In this document: positions 9,235 through 18,538 of the stretch, one piece after another
Position numbering within the stretch: the stretch's first letter is position 1
How the letters are laid out: each line of letters starts with the position of its first letter
Translations under genes and position numbers: made by a program
The notes under the pieces: model-generated
Seen by the model: only the letters and a program-made list of their open reading frames with translations
What the model was told of the DNA's origin: nothing
Database searches by the model: none
Source of the DNA: an uncultured Acidobacteriota bacterium
GTDB lineage: Bacteria; Acidobacteriota; Thermoanaerobaculia; Multivoradales; SZUA-115
Assembly: GCA_963805975.1 (NCBI GenBank)
Contig: CAWDVR010000006.1
Span: forward strand, 160,001-224,000
Reading direction: 5' to 3'
DNA length: 64,000 nucleotides

Positions 9235-10011
9235 TCAGGAGGCCGCGTACGATGCGATCCCGTTCTTGTAGGTGATGACCGTGTCCGCGTTGTCAGGCAA
9301 ACTGTGGACGGACCCGTAGGGTTTCCCCAGGTTGCCCTCCACCCTCACCACGAAGGTGTTGGAGTAACTGAGACTGCTGGCCTTGAGCAGCGCGTGACAC
9401 TTATCGCACGGAAGGGTGTTTTGAGTCCACTCCAGGCTGACTTTGCTCTTCGGTTTCTTACTCTTGTCGCAGGCATAGGCTAACAGCAGCTTCGGCTCGG
9501 CGCACCCCTTTCCAGCTCCGGTGAACGACGAGCCACCGTAGGAAACCTCGACGGCGCCCTTGCCCTTGGCATCGGATTCCTTGTACTCAACTCCTACCTG
9601 CGGCTCTTGATCCACTACCGGCGGGGGATTCTCCGGGCACCAGGTTTCGTGGCCGCCCATTTTCCTGCACGTCTTGCATCTGTAGGCCGCGCGTTGGGCG
9701 ACAGGACCGAGCCCGGAGCGGCCCATGGCGGTCGAACCGGCTGCTAGCGGGATCCTCGCCTGCTGAGCCCGCGACCCGGCCACCCTGGCGGGTTGGAGTG
9801 AGCCCGTCTTCGCCCCGGCGCCAGGCGTCGGCTGGGCCGCCGCAGCCACCATCCGCTGGACGTGGGCAGCGTGGCTTCGCGCCGCCTGGAAGCGCGGGGC
9901 TGGCACGCGCTCCGCCGTCGGCTGTCCCACCGCGGCCCCCATCTTGGCTTGCGCCGCCGCGATCACAGCTTGGACGTGCGCCGCGAGCTTGCGCTCCGGA
10001 TTCATAGCCAT
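9235..10011 (-). CDS. Putative deaminase-fold toxin with AAHV leader and zinc knuckle
   Basis: RBS AGGAGG; leader RKLAAHVQAVIAAAQAK; CKTCRKMGGHETWC; tip with CAE...PCDKC zinc-deaminase signature; tip DNA visibly less GC-rich. Confidence 0.7.
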   Translation of the reverse strand: MAMNPERKLAAHVQAVIAAAQAKMGAAVGQPTAERVPAPRFQAARSHAAHVQRMVAAAAQPTPGAGAKTGSLQPARVAGSRAQQARIPLAAGSTAMGRSGLGPVAQRAAYRCKTCRKMGGHETWCPENPPPVVDQEPQVGVEYKESDAKGKGAVEVSYGGSSFTGAGKGCAEPKLLLAYACDKSKKPKSKVSLEWTQNTLPCDKCHALLKASSLSYSNTFVVRVEGNLGKPYGSVHSLPDNADTVITYKNGIASYAAS

Positions 10012-10102
10012 CGGCATCCTCCTGCGAGTCGCACGACCCGACCCTACCACCGGACGAGAGTCCGGGGAGCCCGAACTGAACCACAGGTCCCGCGGGCTGC
10101 TG

Positions 10103-11149
10103 CTACGGCGCGTGCTTCGGTGCCAGCCGCTCTTGCGGCAGGCCGGCGCAGTCGCGGAGCGCCGCCTCCACGTACTTCGCCACCATCTGGCCGCGCCAGG
10201 GAGCCGAGAAGTCGGTGTTGTCCAGCGGCGAGGTGTCGCGGCGGGCGAGCGCGGCAGCCGCGGCGATGGTCTCCGCGGTCAGGGGCTTGCCGATCAGCGC
10301 TTCGGCGGTGGCGGTGGCCGGGGTGGGGAAGGAGGCCACGGCGCCGAGGAAGACCCGCGCCCGGCTCACCAGCCCGGCCTCGTCCAGCCACACTGCAGAG
10401 GCGGCGGTCAGCACTGCGAAGTCGATCGAGCCCCGGCGGCGGAGCTTCCAGAACGCGCTCCGGCATGGGCCGGCCGTCGAGTCGGCCGGGAGGTAGACGT
10501 CGGTCAGAACCTCCTCCGGCCGCTTGGAGAGGTAGAGCATGCCGTCGTCCTGGAAGAGCTGCTCGACCGGGATCATGCGCTCACCCGCCACCGAGACCAG
10601 CCGCACCCGTGCGCCCAGGGCACAGAGCATCGGCGCCGAGTCCGAGGCCGAGATCGCCCAGCAGCGCGGCGAGCCCGGCGCCACCCAGCACACCGTGCCT
10701 TGCGCCTTCATGCAGTAGGAGATCGACTGCCGCCACTCCTCGTTCTGGTTGTAGTAGGTGCAGCGCGTGTCGAGGCAGAGGTTGCCGCCGACGGTACCCA
10801 TGTTGCGCAGCACGGGCGCCGAGATGCTCTCGAAAGCCCGCGCCAGCGCCGGGTAGCGGTCTGTCACCAGCGGGTCGCGTGCCGCCTGGGCGAGGGTGGT
10901 CATGGCACCCAGGCGCGTCTCGCCGTCGTTGCGCGAGCCGTTCTCGATGCCGCGGAGCGATGCGACTCGGCCGAGGCTCACCACCGTGCTCGCCCGCTGG
11001 TGCCGGCGCTTCATGTTGGGCCACAAGTCCGTGCCGCCGGCCACCAGGCGCACGGGCTGCCCTTCGGCCGCGCCCTCGCCCGCCAGGACGCGGGCCGCCT
11101 CCTCGACACTCGCCGCCCGGTGGAGCTTGAACTGGGGCAGGCGCAGCAT
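10103..11149 (-). CDS. Xanthine-oxidase-family FAD subunit with [4Fe-4S] insert (HcrB-like)
   Basis: Starts MLRLPQF; AGGTDL; RNMGTVGGNLCLDTRCTYYNQ...C...C...C Cys-rich insert; KLRRRGSIDF. Confidence 0.9.
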   Translation of the reverse strand: MLRLPQFKLHRAASVEEAARVLAGEGAAEGQPVRLVAGGTDLWPNMKRRHQRASTVVSLGRVASLRGIENGSRNDGETRLGAMTTLAQAARDPLVTDRYPALARAFESISAPVLRNMGTVGGNLCLDTRCTYYNQNEEWRQSISYCMKAQGTVCWVAPGSPRCWAISASDSAPMLCALGARVRLVSVAGERMIPVEQLFQDDGMLYLSKRPEEVLTDVYLPADSTAGPCRSAFWKLRRRGSIDFAVLTAASAVWLDEAGLVSRARVFLGAVASFPTPATATAEALIGKPLTAETIAAAAALARRDTSPLDNTDFSAPWRGQMVAKYVEAALRDCAGLPQERLAPKHAP

Positions 11150-11151
11150 CT

Positions 11152-12310
11152 CTATCGCCCCGCAGCACGCCGCCAGGAAGGGCCGCGCCAGGCTCTGCGC
11201 CGCGGCCTCGACGTCCTCCGGCACGCCACCCAGGTTCGAAAGCAGCGACACCGCCAGGCCGGCGTCGCGGTAGACCACCAGCACCGAGCGCCCGCCGGCG
11301 ATGTTGCCCGCGTGGTGGACGATGGGCAGCCCCGCTGCTTCGTCTTTCCCCACCCGCCAGCCGAACCCCACCCCGGTCTCCTCACCGTCGGCCGTCTTCT
11401 GCGGCGTGAAGAAGAGCCTGAGCGTCTCTTCCTTGAAGAACCCCGGCTTCGCGTGCGCCGCGCCGAAGCGGGCGAGGTCGGCGGCGGTCGACAGCAGGCC
11501 GCCGCCCGCCCACTTGTAGCTCGGGTCGATCGCCCGCGCCGGCACTGCTTTGCCTTCCTGGTCGCGGTCGTAGAACGAGGAGCGGTCCGGCCGGTCGGCG
11601 CCCTTGCGGTCGGCGGTCGTTTGCGAGAGCTTCAGGGGGCCCAGCACGGCCTCGTCCAGGTAGGACAGGAACTCCTTGCCCGAAGCTCCCTCGATCACCG
11701 CCGCGAGCAGCGTGTAGCCATGGGTGGTGTACGAGTACTGGGTGCCCGGCGGGGCGAGCAGCGGATCGTTCTCGAAGATGGCGAGGCTCGCGGTGACGGT
11801 GTCGAAGTGCCGGTCGTCGATCGAGGTGGGGAAGAAGTCCTTGGGCGCGTAGTGGCGGATGCCCGCGAGGTGGCCGGCGAGCTGGCGGGCGGTGATCGCG
11901 GAGCCCGGCTCCGGGTACCCCGGCACGTACTTCCGGAGCGGTTCGTCCACGTCGAGCTTCCCGGCCTCGACGAGCTTCGCCGCCGCCGCGGCGGTGAAGA
12001 GCTTCGAGACGCTGGCCAGCCGGAACTGCGTCTCCGCGGTGGCCGGCCGGGCGGCTTCACGGTCGGCGAGACCGAACCCTTCCTGCCATACGACCTCGCC
12101 GCCCACGACTACCGCCGCCGCGAGGCCCGGGATGCCCTGGGTGACGCGCAAGGCCTCGGCCGCCTTCCGGGCCTCGGCGATGGCGGCGGAGTAGCGGCCC
12201 TCGACCGCCGCCGGAGGAGGTGCGGGCGCGGCGACCTTGGCCGCTCCCGCCGGCAGCGTGGCCAGGCAGAGGATGAGCGCGAAGCGGCTAGCGAGTGGTG
12301 AGCGGCGCAT
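11152..12310 (-). CDS. Secreted serine hydrolase (beta-lactamase/AmpC-like); appears read-through-fused to the HcrB-like gene
   Basis: Signal peptide; ASVSK (SxxK), YSYTTHGY, HAG motifs; no in-frame stop before ATG 11149, but removing one base of the 4-base run 11158-11161 puts TAG (11152-11154) in frame. Confidence 0.8.
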
Positions 12311-14846
12311 CTTTTCTCTCCTGGAGCACTTCCTCGCGGAAGCTCATCGTGCCGGAGGCACCGCGCATGCCCGAGCGGTTCTTCTTGAATTCGTTGACGG
12401 CCCGGCCGTCGCCGCCCTCGGCTGGCGTCGGCACCTCGAGCACCTCGCCGAAGTCGAGGTCGGGGAACCCCTTGGGCCCGAAGCGCGCCTCCTTGCCAGC
12501 GGCTTCGGCTTCGAGCGCCTTGACGATCATGTGCGGCTGGATCGGCACCTGGTCGACGCGCACGCCCACCGCGTCGAAGACCGCGTTGGCGACCGCCGGC
12601 ATCATCGGCAGTAGCGGCCCCTGGCCCACCTCCTTGGCGCCGAACGGGCCGATGGGGTCCGGGTCCTCGATCAGGTAGGTGGTGACCTTCGGCATCTCGT
12701 GGAAGGTGAGGCTCTTGTACTCGAGGAGCGAGGGCGTCTTGTGGACCAGGGCGCCGGACATGCGCTTGGGGAGGCGGCGGAAGGCCTGCTCTTCCATCAT
12801 CGCCTCGCCGAGGCCCATGTAGACGCTGCCCTCGACCTGGCCCATCACCAGCACCGGGTTGATCGCCCGGCCGATGTCGTGCGCCACCCACACCTGCTCC
12901 ACGTCGAAGAGGCCGGTCGCGGGATCGACCTCCACCTCGACCACCGCCGCGGTGAAGGAGTACGTAGGGGAGGGCCCGACGCCCGCGCCGCGGTACTTGC
13001 CCGGCGAGCGTGGCGGGATGTAGGAGCCGGTCGTGGCGAGGGTGCCGAAGCGGGCCTCGGCCACGATCACCGCATCCGTGAAGGACAGGCCCTTCCCCGG
13101 CTCCGAGGCGTCGAACACCCGGCCCTCGGCGAACACCAGGCGCTCGACCGGCACCTCGAGCCGCTCGGCGACGGCGCGCGCCACCAGGTCGCGGGCGCGC
13201 TCGGCTGCCTCGCGCGCCGCGTTGCCCATCATCAGGGTGACGCGCGAGGAGTAGCTGCCGAGATCGACCGGCGTCAGGTCGGTGTCGGCCACGAAGAGCC
13301 GCAGGTCTTCGAGACCCACGCCGAGCACCTCGGCCACGATCACCGCCAGCACGCTGTCCGAGCCCTGGCCGATCTCGCTCTCGCCGCAGTAGACGGCGAC
13401 CCCGCCGCTGCGGTCGAGCTTGATCATCACCCCGGACTGCGGCATGTGGTTCCAGTAAATGGGAAGGCCGGCGCCGCAGAGGTAGGAGCCGCAGGCGAGC
13501 CCCAGGCCGCGGCCGAAGGGGAGCTTGCCGTAGCGCTCCCGCCAGCCGCTGCCCTCGACCACGGCCTCGATGCAGCGCCCGAGGGCGATCGACGGCACCT
13601 TGAGCCAGTTCGCGGTCACCGTGCCGGGCTGGACGAGCTGCTTGAGGCGCAGCTCGGCGGGGTCGAGCCCCAGGGCGTGCGCCGCCTTGTCGAGCTGCAC
13701 CTCGAAGCCGAAGCGCGGCTGCGGCGTGCCGTGCCCGCGCTTGGGTCCGCAGGGCGGCTTGTTGGTGAAGGCGCGCACGCCCTCGAACCAGTAGGCAGGC
13801 AGGTCGTAGGTGACGGTCTGGAGCGCTCCGGTGTAGTAAGTCGATGCCACGCCGTAGCTGCCGTACGCGCCGCCGTCGAGCGCGGTCTTCAGGTGCTGCG
13901 CGGTCATCGTGCCGTCTTTGCGGAAGCCGGTCTTGAGGTGCATCGCGACCGGGTGCCGGCCGCGGTGGCAGTAGAAGACCTCCTCGCGGGTGAGCGAGAC
14001 CTTCACCGGCCGCCCGAGCTTCAAGGCCATCTTGGCGGCCACGATCTCGTGCTGGAAGGGATCGCTCTTGCCGCCGAAGCCGCCGCCGTTCGAGCACGCC
14101 ACCACCCGGATGCGCGAGGCCGGCAGGCCGAGGACCTTGGTCAGGGCGCGGTGCACATAGTGCGGTGTCTGGGTGGAGGAGTAGAGGGTCACCCGGCCCT
14201 CGTCCTCGGGCACGGCCACTGCCGCGTGCTGCTCGAGCGGCAGGTGGGTGTTGCCCTCGTAGAAGAACGAGTCTTCGAGCACCAGGTCGGCCGCGGCGAA
14301 GCCTTGCTCCAGGTCACCGAACTTCATCGAGACTTTCTTGTGCAGGTTGCCCTCGTCACCGTAGTCGTGGAGGCGGGGCTCAGGGGTCTTGATCGCCTCC
14401 TCGACACTGGCAATGGTGGGTAGCGCCTCGTATTCGACGCGGACGGCGAGCGCCGCCTCGTAGGCCTGGTCCTCGGTGAGCGCCGCCACCGCCGCCAACG
14501 GGTCGCCCACGAAGCGCACCTTGTCCGGACAGAGGGCGTGCTCGTCCTGGGAAACCGGCAGGATGCCGAAGGTCTCGTCGGAGAAATCGGCCGCGGTGAG
14601 GCAGCCGACGACGCCCGGCATGGCTCGGGCGGCCGCGAGGTCGATGGACTTGATGAGGGCGTGCGGCACGGTGGAGCGCACCAGGCGCAGGTAGACCATG
14701 CGCGGGAACGACAGGTCGTCCGCGTAGCGCGTCTGGCCGGTGACCTTGGCGTGGCCGTCCACTCGCCGGAACGGCGTGCCGATGAGCTTCAGCGGGCGGT
14801 CCGCGGGCGCCTCGTCCGGGAGCGGCTTTGCGAGCGGTTCAGCCAT
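12288..14846 (-). CDS. Xanthine-oxidase-family molybdopterin-binding large subunit (4-hydroxybenzoyl-CoA reductase alpha-like)
   Basis: KVTGQTRYADD, GGGFGGK, HRGRHP, EIGQGS, GSYSSRVT, GQVEGS, GPFGAKEVGQ. Confidence 0.92.
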   Translation of the reverse strand: MAEPLAKPLPDEAPADRPLKLIGTPFRRVDGHAKVTGQTRYADDLSFPRMVYLRLVRSTVPHALIKSIDLAAARAMPGVVGCLTAADFSDETFGILPVSQDEHALCPDKVRFVGDPLAAVAALTEDQAYEAALAVRVEYEALPTIASVEEAIKTPEPRLHDYGDEGNLHKKVSMKFGDLEQGFAAADLVLEDSFFYEGNTHLPLEQHAAVAVPEDEGRVTLYSSTQTPHYVHRALTKVLGLPASRIRVVACSNGGGFGGKSDPFQHEIVAAKMALKLGRPVKVSLTREEVFYCHRGRHPVAMHLKTGFRKDGTMTAQHLKTALDGGAYGSYGVASTYYTGALQTVTYDLPAYWFEGVRAFTNKPPCGPKRGHGTPQPRFGFEVQLDKAAHALGLDPAELRLKQLVQPGTVTANWLKVPSIALGRCIEAVVEGSGWRERYGKLPFGRGLGLACGSYLCGAGLPIYWNHMPQSGVMIKLDRSGGVAVYCGESEIGQGSDSVLAVIVAEVLGVGLEDLRLFVADTDLTPVDLGSYSSRVTLMMGNAAREAAERARDLVARAVAERLEVPVERLVFAEGRVFDASEPGKGLSFTDAVIVAEARFGTLATTGSYIPPRSPGKYRGAGVGPSPTYSFTAAVVEVEVDPATGLFDVEQVWVAHDIGRAINPVLVMGQVEGSVYMGLGEAMMEEQAFRRLPKRMSGALVHKTPSLLEYKSLTFHEMPKVTTYLIEDPDPIGPFGAKEVGQGPLLPMMPAVANAVFDAVGVRVDQVPIQPHMIVKALEAEAAGKEARFGPKGFPDLDFGEVLEVPTPAEGGDGRAVNEFKKNRSGMRGASGTMSFREEVLQERKDAPLTTR

Positions 14847-16185
14847 CTTTCTCTCCCGGCGCGACCCGCCAGTCGCCCTCTTTCGTTCCCGGCACCAGCT
14901 TCCAACCCTCGTTGAGCCTCAGCGTCCATCCCTCGCCTCGCACCTCGGGGCCGGACAGGCTCGACGGCGCCGGCAGCCGCACCTCGGACCAGGTGCCATT
15001 CAGCAGCACGCCTCCGGCCGTGACCTCCAGGATGCCCCAGAGGTCCGTGATCCTTGCCGTGGGGTAGACCGTGCCGGCCTCGGGAAGCGGCTCCAGGGTG
15101 TGGGGATTGAAGCTGATGTTCATTTTTTCGAGCGGGATCACCAGCACGGGGCCGTCGAGGAAGCGCCGGCGGAGCCCGGCCTGCCGTTTCCGCTGCTCTG
15201 CCTCGCGCTCCCTTTCTGCGGCACGGATCTCCGCGCCGCCGTAGGAGGTGCTGCGTTTCTCGGCCGTGGCCAGCACTTCGGACGGAGAGGTCGAGCTTCC
15301 GGCGACCGAGAGCAGGGCGCCGAGGTCCGAGCCGGCGGTGAGCTCGCGCTGCCAGCCTTCCCGTGTGCGATCGAGCCAGAGCCCGTACGCGGGCCCGGTC
15401 AGATAGGCGAAAGAGCGGGTGAAGGCCGACGCCGTGCTCGCTCCACGGAGCGCCTGCAAGAGGGCCTTCCACCGGGGCTCCTCCGAGAGCAGGCCGGCCC
15501 CGAGACCGGTGTACTCGGCCAGGCCCTCGTTCAGCTCGAGAGTGTTCTCCTCGCCCGTGGCGGTTGGGAAGGCGGTGCGCCGCGCGGCCCGGAAGAGCAG
15601 AGCGTCCTGCAGCGCCTGCCACGCCCGGTCTGGCTCGCCGCGCAGGCTCGCTTCCGCAGCGCCTTCCAGGGCCCGCAGCTCGAGCCGGAGCCAGGTCCTG
15701 CCCGCGGCAGAGTCGAGGTGGGCGTTGGCAGGGTCCGCCGTGGGCAGGCCGATCTCCTTCTGCACGCGGTGGAAGAGCTCGTGGAGGAGGAGGGCGGCCC
15801 GCTGGTCGGGATCTTCGGGCAGCGGCCAGATCATCATCGACCAGCGCTTGCCCGCCCAGTCGAGCGCCGTGTTGGCGACGTTGACCTCCGCCGGCAAGGT
15901 GCCCACGAAGATCCCGTTCTGCGCACGGAGAATGCCTTGCTCGTCGGCCTCGCTCGCCACCAGGGCGCGGCTTTGGGGCTCGACGAAGAGCAACGGCCCG
16001 CAGAGTGACTTCCCCCAGAGCCGCCCGCCGTCGGCCTGGCAGCGTGCGGTGGCCAGCTCGAAAGCCTTCGCCGCTTCGGCCGGGTCGATGACCTGCGCCC
16101 GTGCCACGGGTGTGAACGAGAGGCCGAGCGCTGCCGCGGCGGCACAGCGGGCTAGCGCTCGCTGGAAGCGATGGGGTGTAGCCAA
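14839..16185 (-). CDS. Secreted gluzincin-like metallopeptidase/hypothetical
   Basis: Signal peptide ending ARA-Q; HELFH plus downstream LNEGLAEY. Confidence 0.65.
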   Translation of the reverse strand: MATPHRFQRALARCAAAAALGLSFTPVARAQVIDPAEAAKAFELATARCQADGGRLWGKSLCGPLLFVEPQSRALVASEADEQGILRAQNGIFVGTLPAEVNVANTALDWAGKRWSMMIWPLPEDPDQRAALLLHELFHRVQKEIGLPTADPANAHLDSAAGRTWLRLELRALEGAAEASLRGEPDRAWQALQDALLFRAARRTAFPTATGEENTLELNEGLAEYTGLGAGLLSEEPRWKALLQALRGASTASAFTRSFAYLTGPAYGLWLDRTREGWQRELTAGSDLGALLSVAGSSTSPSEVLATAEKRSTSYGGAEIRAAEREREAEQRKRQAGLRRRFLDGPVLVIPLEKMNISFNPHTLEPLPEAGTVYPTARITDLWGILEVTAGGVLLNGTWSEVRLPAPSSLSGPEVRGEGWTLRLNEGWKLVPGTKEGDWRVAPGEKDG

Positions 16186-16740
16186 CTAACCCTCCCTGGT
16201 CACGGGCTCGGCCGAGCCGTAGAACGCCTCGCGCGGCGGGCGGGCGTCTTCGCCGCGGAGGGTACCGGCCGCCCACTGAACGGCCTCGATGATTTTTTGG
16301 TAACCCGTGCAGCGGCAGAGGTTACCGGCGAGCGCGGCACGGATGTCGCCCTCCGACGGCCTGGGGCTCGCGGCGAGCAGAGCCTTGGCCGCCATCAGGA
16401 TGCCGGGCGTGCAGTAGCCGCACTGGGCGGCGCCCAGGTCCGCGAAGGAGGCCTGGAGCGGGTGCAGCTCGTTGCCCTGCTGCAGGCCCTCGACGGTCTC
16501 GATCGCGCGGCCGTCCATCTCCGCGGCGAGCGCCAGGCAGGAGAGCATCGGCGTGCCGTCCACCAGCACAGTGCAGGTGCCGCACTCGCCGAGCTCGCAG
16601 CCATGCTTGGTGCCGGTGAGCCCGCACTCCTCGCGCAGCACCTCGAGCAGCGTGTGATGAGTGGGAAAGACGACGGCGCGCTCCTCGCCGTTGATTGCGA
16701 GCTTCAGGGTGGTGACGTCTGTGTAGGTCGCAGCGTTCAT
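16186..16740 (-). CDS. Xanthine-oxidase-family [2Fe-2S] small subunit (HcrC/CoxS-like)
   Basis: [16 protein letters not shown]; QCGYCTPG; GNLCRCTGY; ATG overlaps the TetR stop. Confidence 0.95.
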   Translation of the reverse strand: MNAATYTDVTTLKLAINGEERAVVFPTHHTLLEVLREECGLTGTKHGCELGECGTCTVLVDGTPMLSCLALAAEMDGRAIETVEGLQQGNELHPLQASFADLGAAQCGYCTPGILMAAKALLAASPRPSEGDIRAALAGNLCRCTGYQKIIEAVQWAAGTLRGEDARPPREAFYGSAEPVTREG

Positions 16741-17444
16741 CAGCGGGCCTCGTCGTGCGGCGCTGCCAGCGCCGAGGGTGCGGCGCCGGGCGTCGGTGAA
16801 AGCAGGTCGAGAAGGGCCAGGTCCGGCGGCTCGAGCTCGAGGCCGGCTGCCAGCAGGCCCCGCACCTGGAGCTCGGCGAACTCGCGGCCGATCTCCCGCG
16901 CCGTCTTGCCGCCCTCGGGCCGGAACCACTTCACCGTCCAGTTGAGGGCGCCGAGAATGGCAAGCGCCGCCACCTTGGCGTCGGTCGTGCGGAAGGCGCC
17001 GGCCTGGATCCCGTCCTCGATCAGCCGCCGGAGCGCCAGCTCGTAGTCCCCGCGCCGCCCGAGGATGGCCTGGCGAAAGGCGCCGTCCAGGCCCTCGATC
17101 TCGAGGTGGGCGAGCGAGCCCGGCGTGCCTTCGTTGACCCGCTCGACGTGCCCGACGATCAGCAGGTAGAGGCGCGCTTCGGGCGCCAGCGGCATCGCCT
17201 CCAGCCGCTCGGCCAGGGCGAGGAGCCCACCCAGGCCGTCCTCCTGGCAGTAGGCGAGGAGGGCCTGCTTGTTCTCGAAGTAGTAGTAGAGGCTGCCGAC
17301 CGTCATGCCCAGCTCGGAGGCGATCTCCCGCATCCCCGTGCCGTGCACCCCACGCCGGCGGAAGACGCGGGAAGCGGCCTCCAGGATCTCGCGCTTGCGG
17401 TCCGCGACGCGGGGATGGTCGAGATCGTCGAGCGCCAAGGGCAT
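16740..17444 (-). CDS. TetR/AcrR family regulator (KstR2-like C-terminus)
   Basis: ILEAASRVF...G...TGMREIASELGMTVGSLYYYFENK; LGALNWTVKWFRPEG. Confidence 0.92.
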   Translation of the reverse strand: MPLALDDLDHPRVADRKREILEAASRVFRRRGVHGTGMREIASELGMTVGSLYYYFENKQALLAYCQEDGLGGLLALAERLEAMPLAPEARLYLLIVGHVERVNEGTPGSLAHLEIEGLDGAFRQAILGRRGDYELALRRLIEDGIQAGAFRTTDAKVAALAILGALNWTVKWFRPEGGKTAREIGREFAELQVRGLLAAGLELEPPDLALLDLLSPTPGAAPSALAAPHDEAR

Positions 17445-17461
17445 GAGCGGAGAGTAGCAGA

Positions 17462-17479
17462 TTTGAACGGACGTTCAAA
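17462..17479. promoter_or_regulatory. Perfect inverted repeat, probable TetR operator
   Basis: TTTGAACG-GA-CGTTCAAA, 17 bp upstream of the tetR start. Confidence 0.7.
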
Positions 17480-17492
17480 GGGTGGGCGACGC

Positions 17493-17521
17493 TTGACATG
17501 GACTGAATCGAGGTCTATGTT
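17493..17521 (+). promoter_or_regulatory. Sigma70 promoter of the first TA module
   Basis: TTGACA-17 bp-TATGTT; GACATG repeats flanking it may be antitoxin sites. Confidence 0.7.
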
Positions 17522-17550
17522 GGACATGTTTTGAGAAAGTCGAGGCTCTC

Positions 17551-17841
17551 ATGACTTGGCGGATCGCAGCAGCGAAGCAACAGTTCTCGGAAGTCCTACG
17601 GCAAGCTGCCTCGGAGCCGCAGCTCATCCTGAACAGGAATCAGGCAGTCGCAGCGGTCGTGGACGTGGAGACATTCCGGCAGTTCGAGCTGTGGAGGCGC
17701 GATCGCCAGAAACCCCAGCTCGCTACCGCGCTGGCGGATATCCGGAAGCTCTGTACCCAAGACGACCAGCCTCTCGAGATCCCTACCGATCCGGACCGTC
17801 CGAACGCTTTCGCCGATGCCCTCGACGACGTTCCTGGCTGA
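17551..17841 (+). CDS. Phd/YefM family antitoxin
   Basis: W.IAAAKQQFSEVLRQA..EPQLILNR...VAAVV. Confidence 0.88.
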   Translation: MTWRIAAAKQQFSEVLRQAASEPQLILNRNQAVAAVVDVETFRQFELWRRDRQKPQLATALADIRKLCTQDDQPLEIPTDPDRPNAFADALDDVPG

Positions 17842-18229
17842 CACCAACGTGCTGAGCGAGGTCGTCAGGCGTCAGCCGGACGCCGGCGTGCTCGAGTGGT
17901 TCGAGAGCCAGAGCGAGATCGCTCTGAGCGTGGTTACCGTGCACGAGGTCATCACCGGCCTCAGCTGGAAGCCTCGCCCCAAGGTTCGAGCGTGGTTCGA
18001 GCATTTCCTGACTTCTCATTGCCAGGTGCTGGGCGTGAGTGTAGAAATCGCGCGCCGGTCCGGGGAGCTGCGCGGCGCCGCCTTGAGCCGAGGGCAAACC
18101 CGCTCGGTGGCCGACAGCCTGATCGCGGCCACCGCACAGATTCATGGTCTGACCATCGTGACCCGCAATCTCCGAGATTTCAATGGCTGGGGAATTCCAC
18201 TCCTGAATCCTTTCACCGGGCTTGGCTGA
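17816..18229 (+). CDS. vapC: VapC PIN-domain toxin
   Basis: LADTNVLSE; DSLIAATA..HGLTIVTRNLRDF. Confidence 0.92.
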   Translation: MPSTTFLADTNVLSEVVRRQPDAGVLEWFESQSEIALSVVTVHEVITGLSWKPRPKVRAWFEHFLTSHCQVLGVSVEIARRSGELRGAALSRGQTRSVADSLIAATAQIHGLTIVTRNLRDFNGWGIPLLNPFTGLG

Positions 18230-18255
18230 CAGCGGGGTGCGGTCCCGCCGGCTGT

Positions 18256-18296
18256 TTGCCGAGAGGATCTGGCGCGCGTATACTCGGACCTATACT
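18256..18296 (+). promoter_or_regulatory. Promoter/operator of the second TA module
   Basis: TTGCCG-17 bp-TATACT, with a second TATACT repeat starting 12 bp later. Confidence 0.55.
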
Positions 18297-18307
18297 TGGG
18301 GATGACA

Positions 18308-18538
18308 ATGAGCCAGATCACCCTTTACCTTGACGACGAGACCCTGGCCAGGACTAGAGAGGCAGCCGAGGCCGCAGGTGTCTCTCTCAGCCGGTGGGTG
18401 AGCGAGCTGCTGCGCCAGCGAACTGCCAGCCAATGGCCGGCGTCGGTAGCGGCACTGGCGGGAAGCTGGACGGACGCGCCGGCCGCCGACGAGATCCGCA
18501 GCCCTCCCGCGGAGGACATTCCGCGCGAGCCTTTCTGA
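18308..18538 (+). CDS. CopG/RHH family antitoxin (VapB-like)
   Basis: MSQITLYLDDET...AAEAAGVSLSRWVSELL; WP..V..LAGSW; stop overlaps the toxin ATG. Confidence 0.85.
   Translation: MSQITLYLDDETLARTREAAEAAGVSLSRWVSELLRQRTASQWPASVAALAGSWTDAPAADEIRSPPAEDIPREPF

Noticed and set aside
10103-12310. 735-aa beta-lactamase/FAD-subunit fusion as a genuine novel enzyme
   Set aside because: Signal peptide conflicts with a cytoplasmic subunit; the canonical MLRLP start is intact and a 1-bp change in a 4-base run restores a stop
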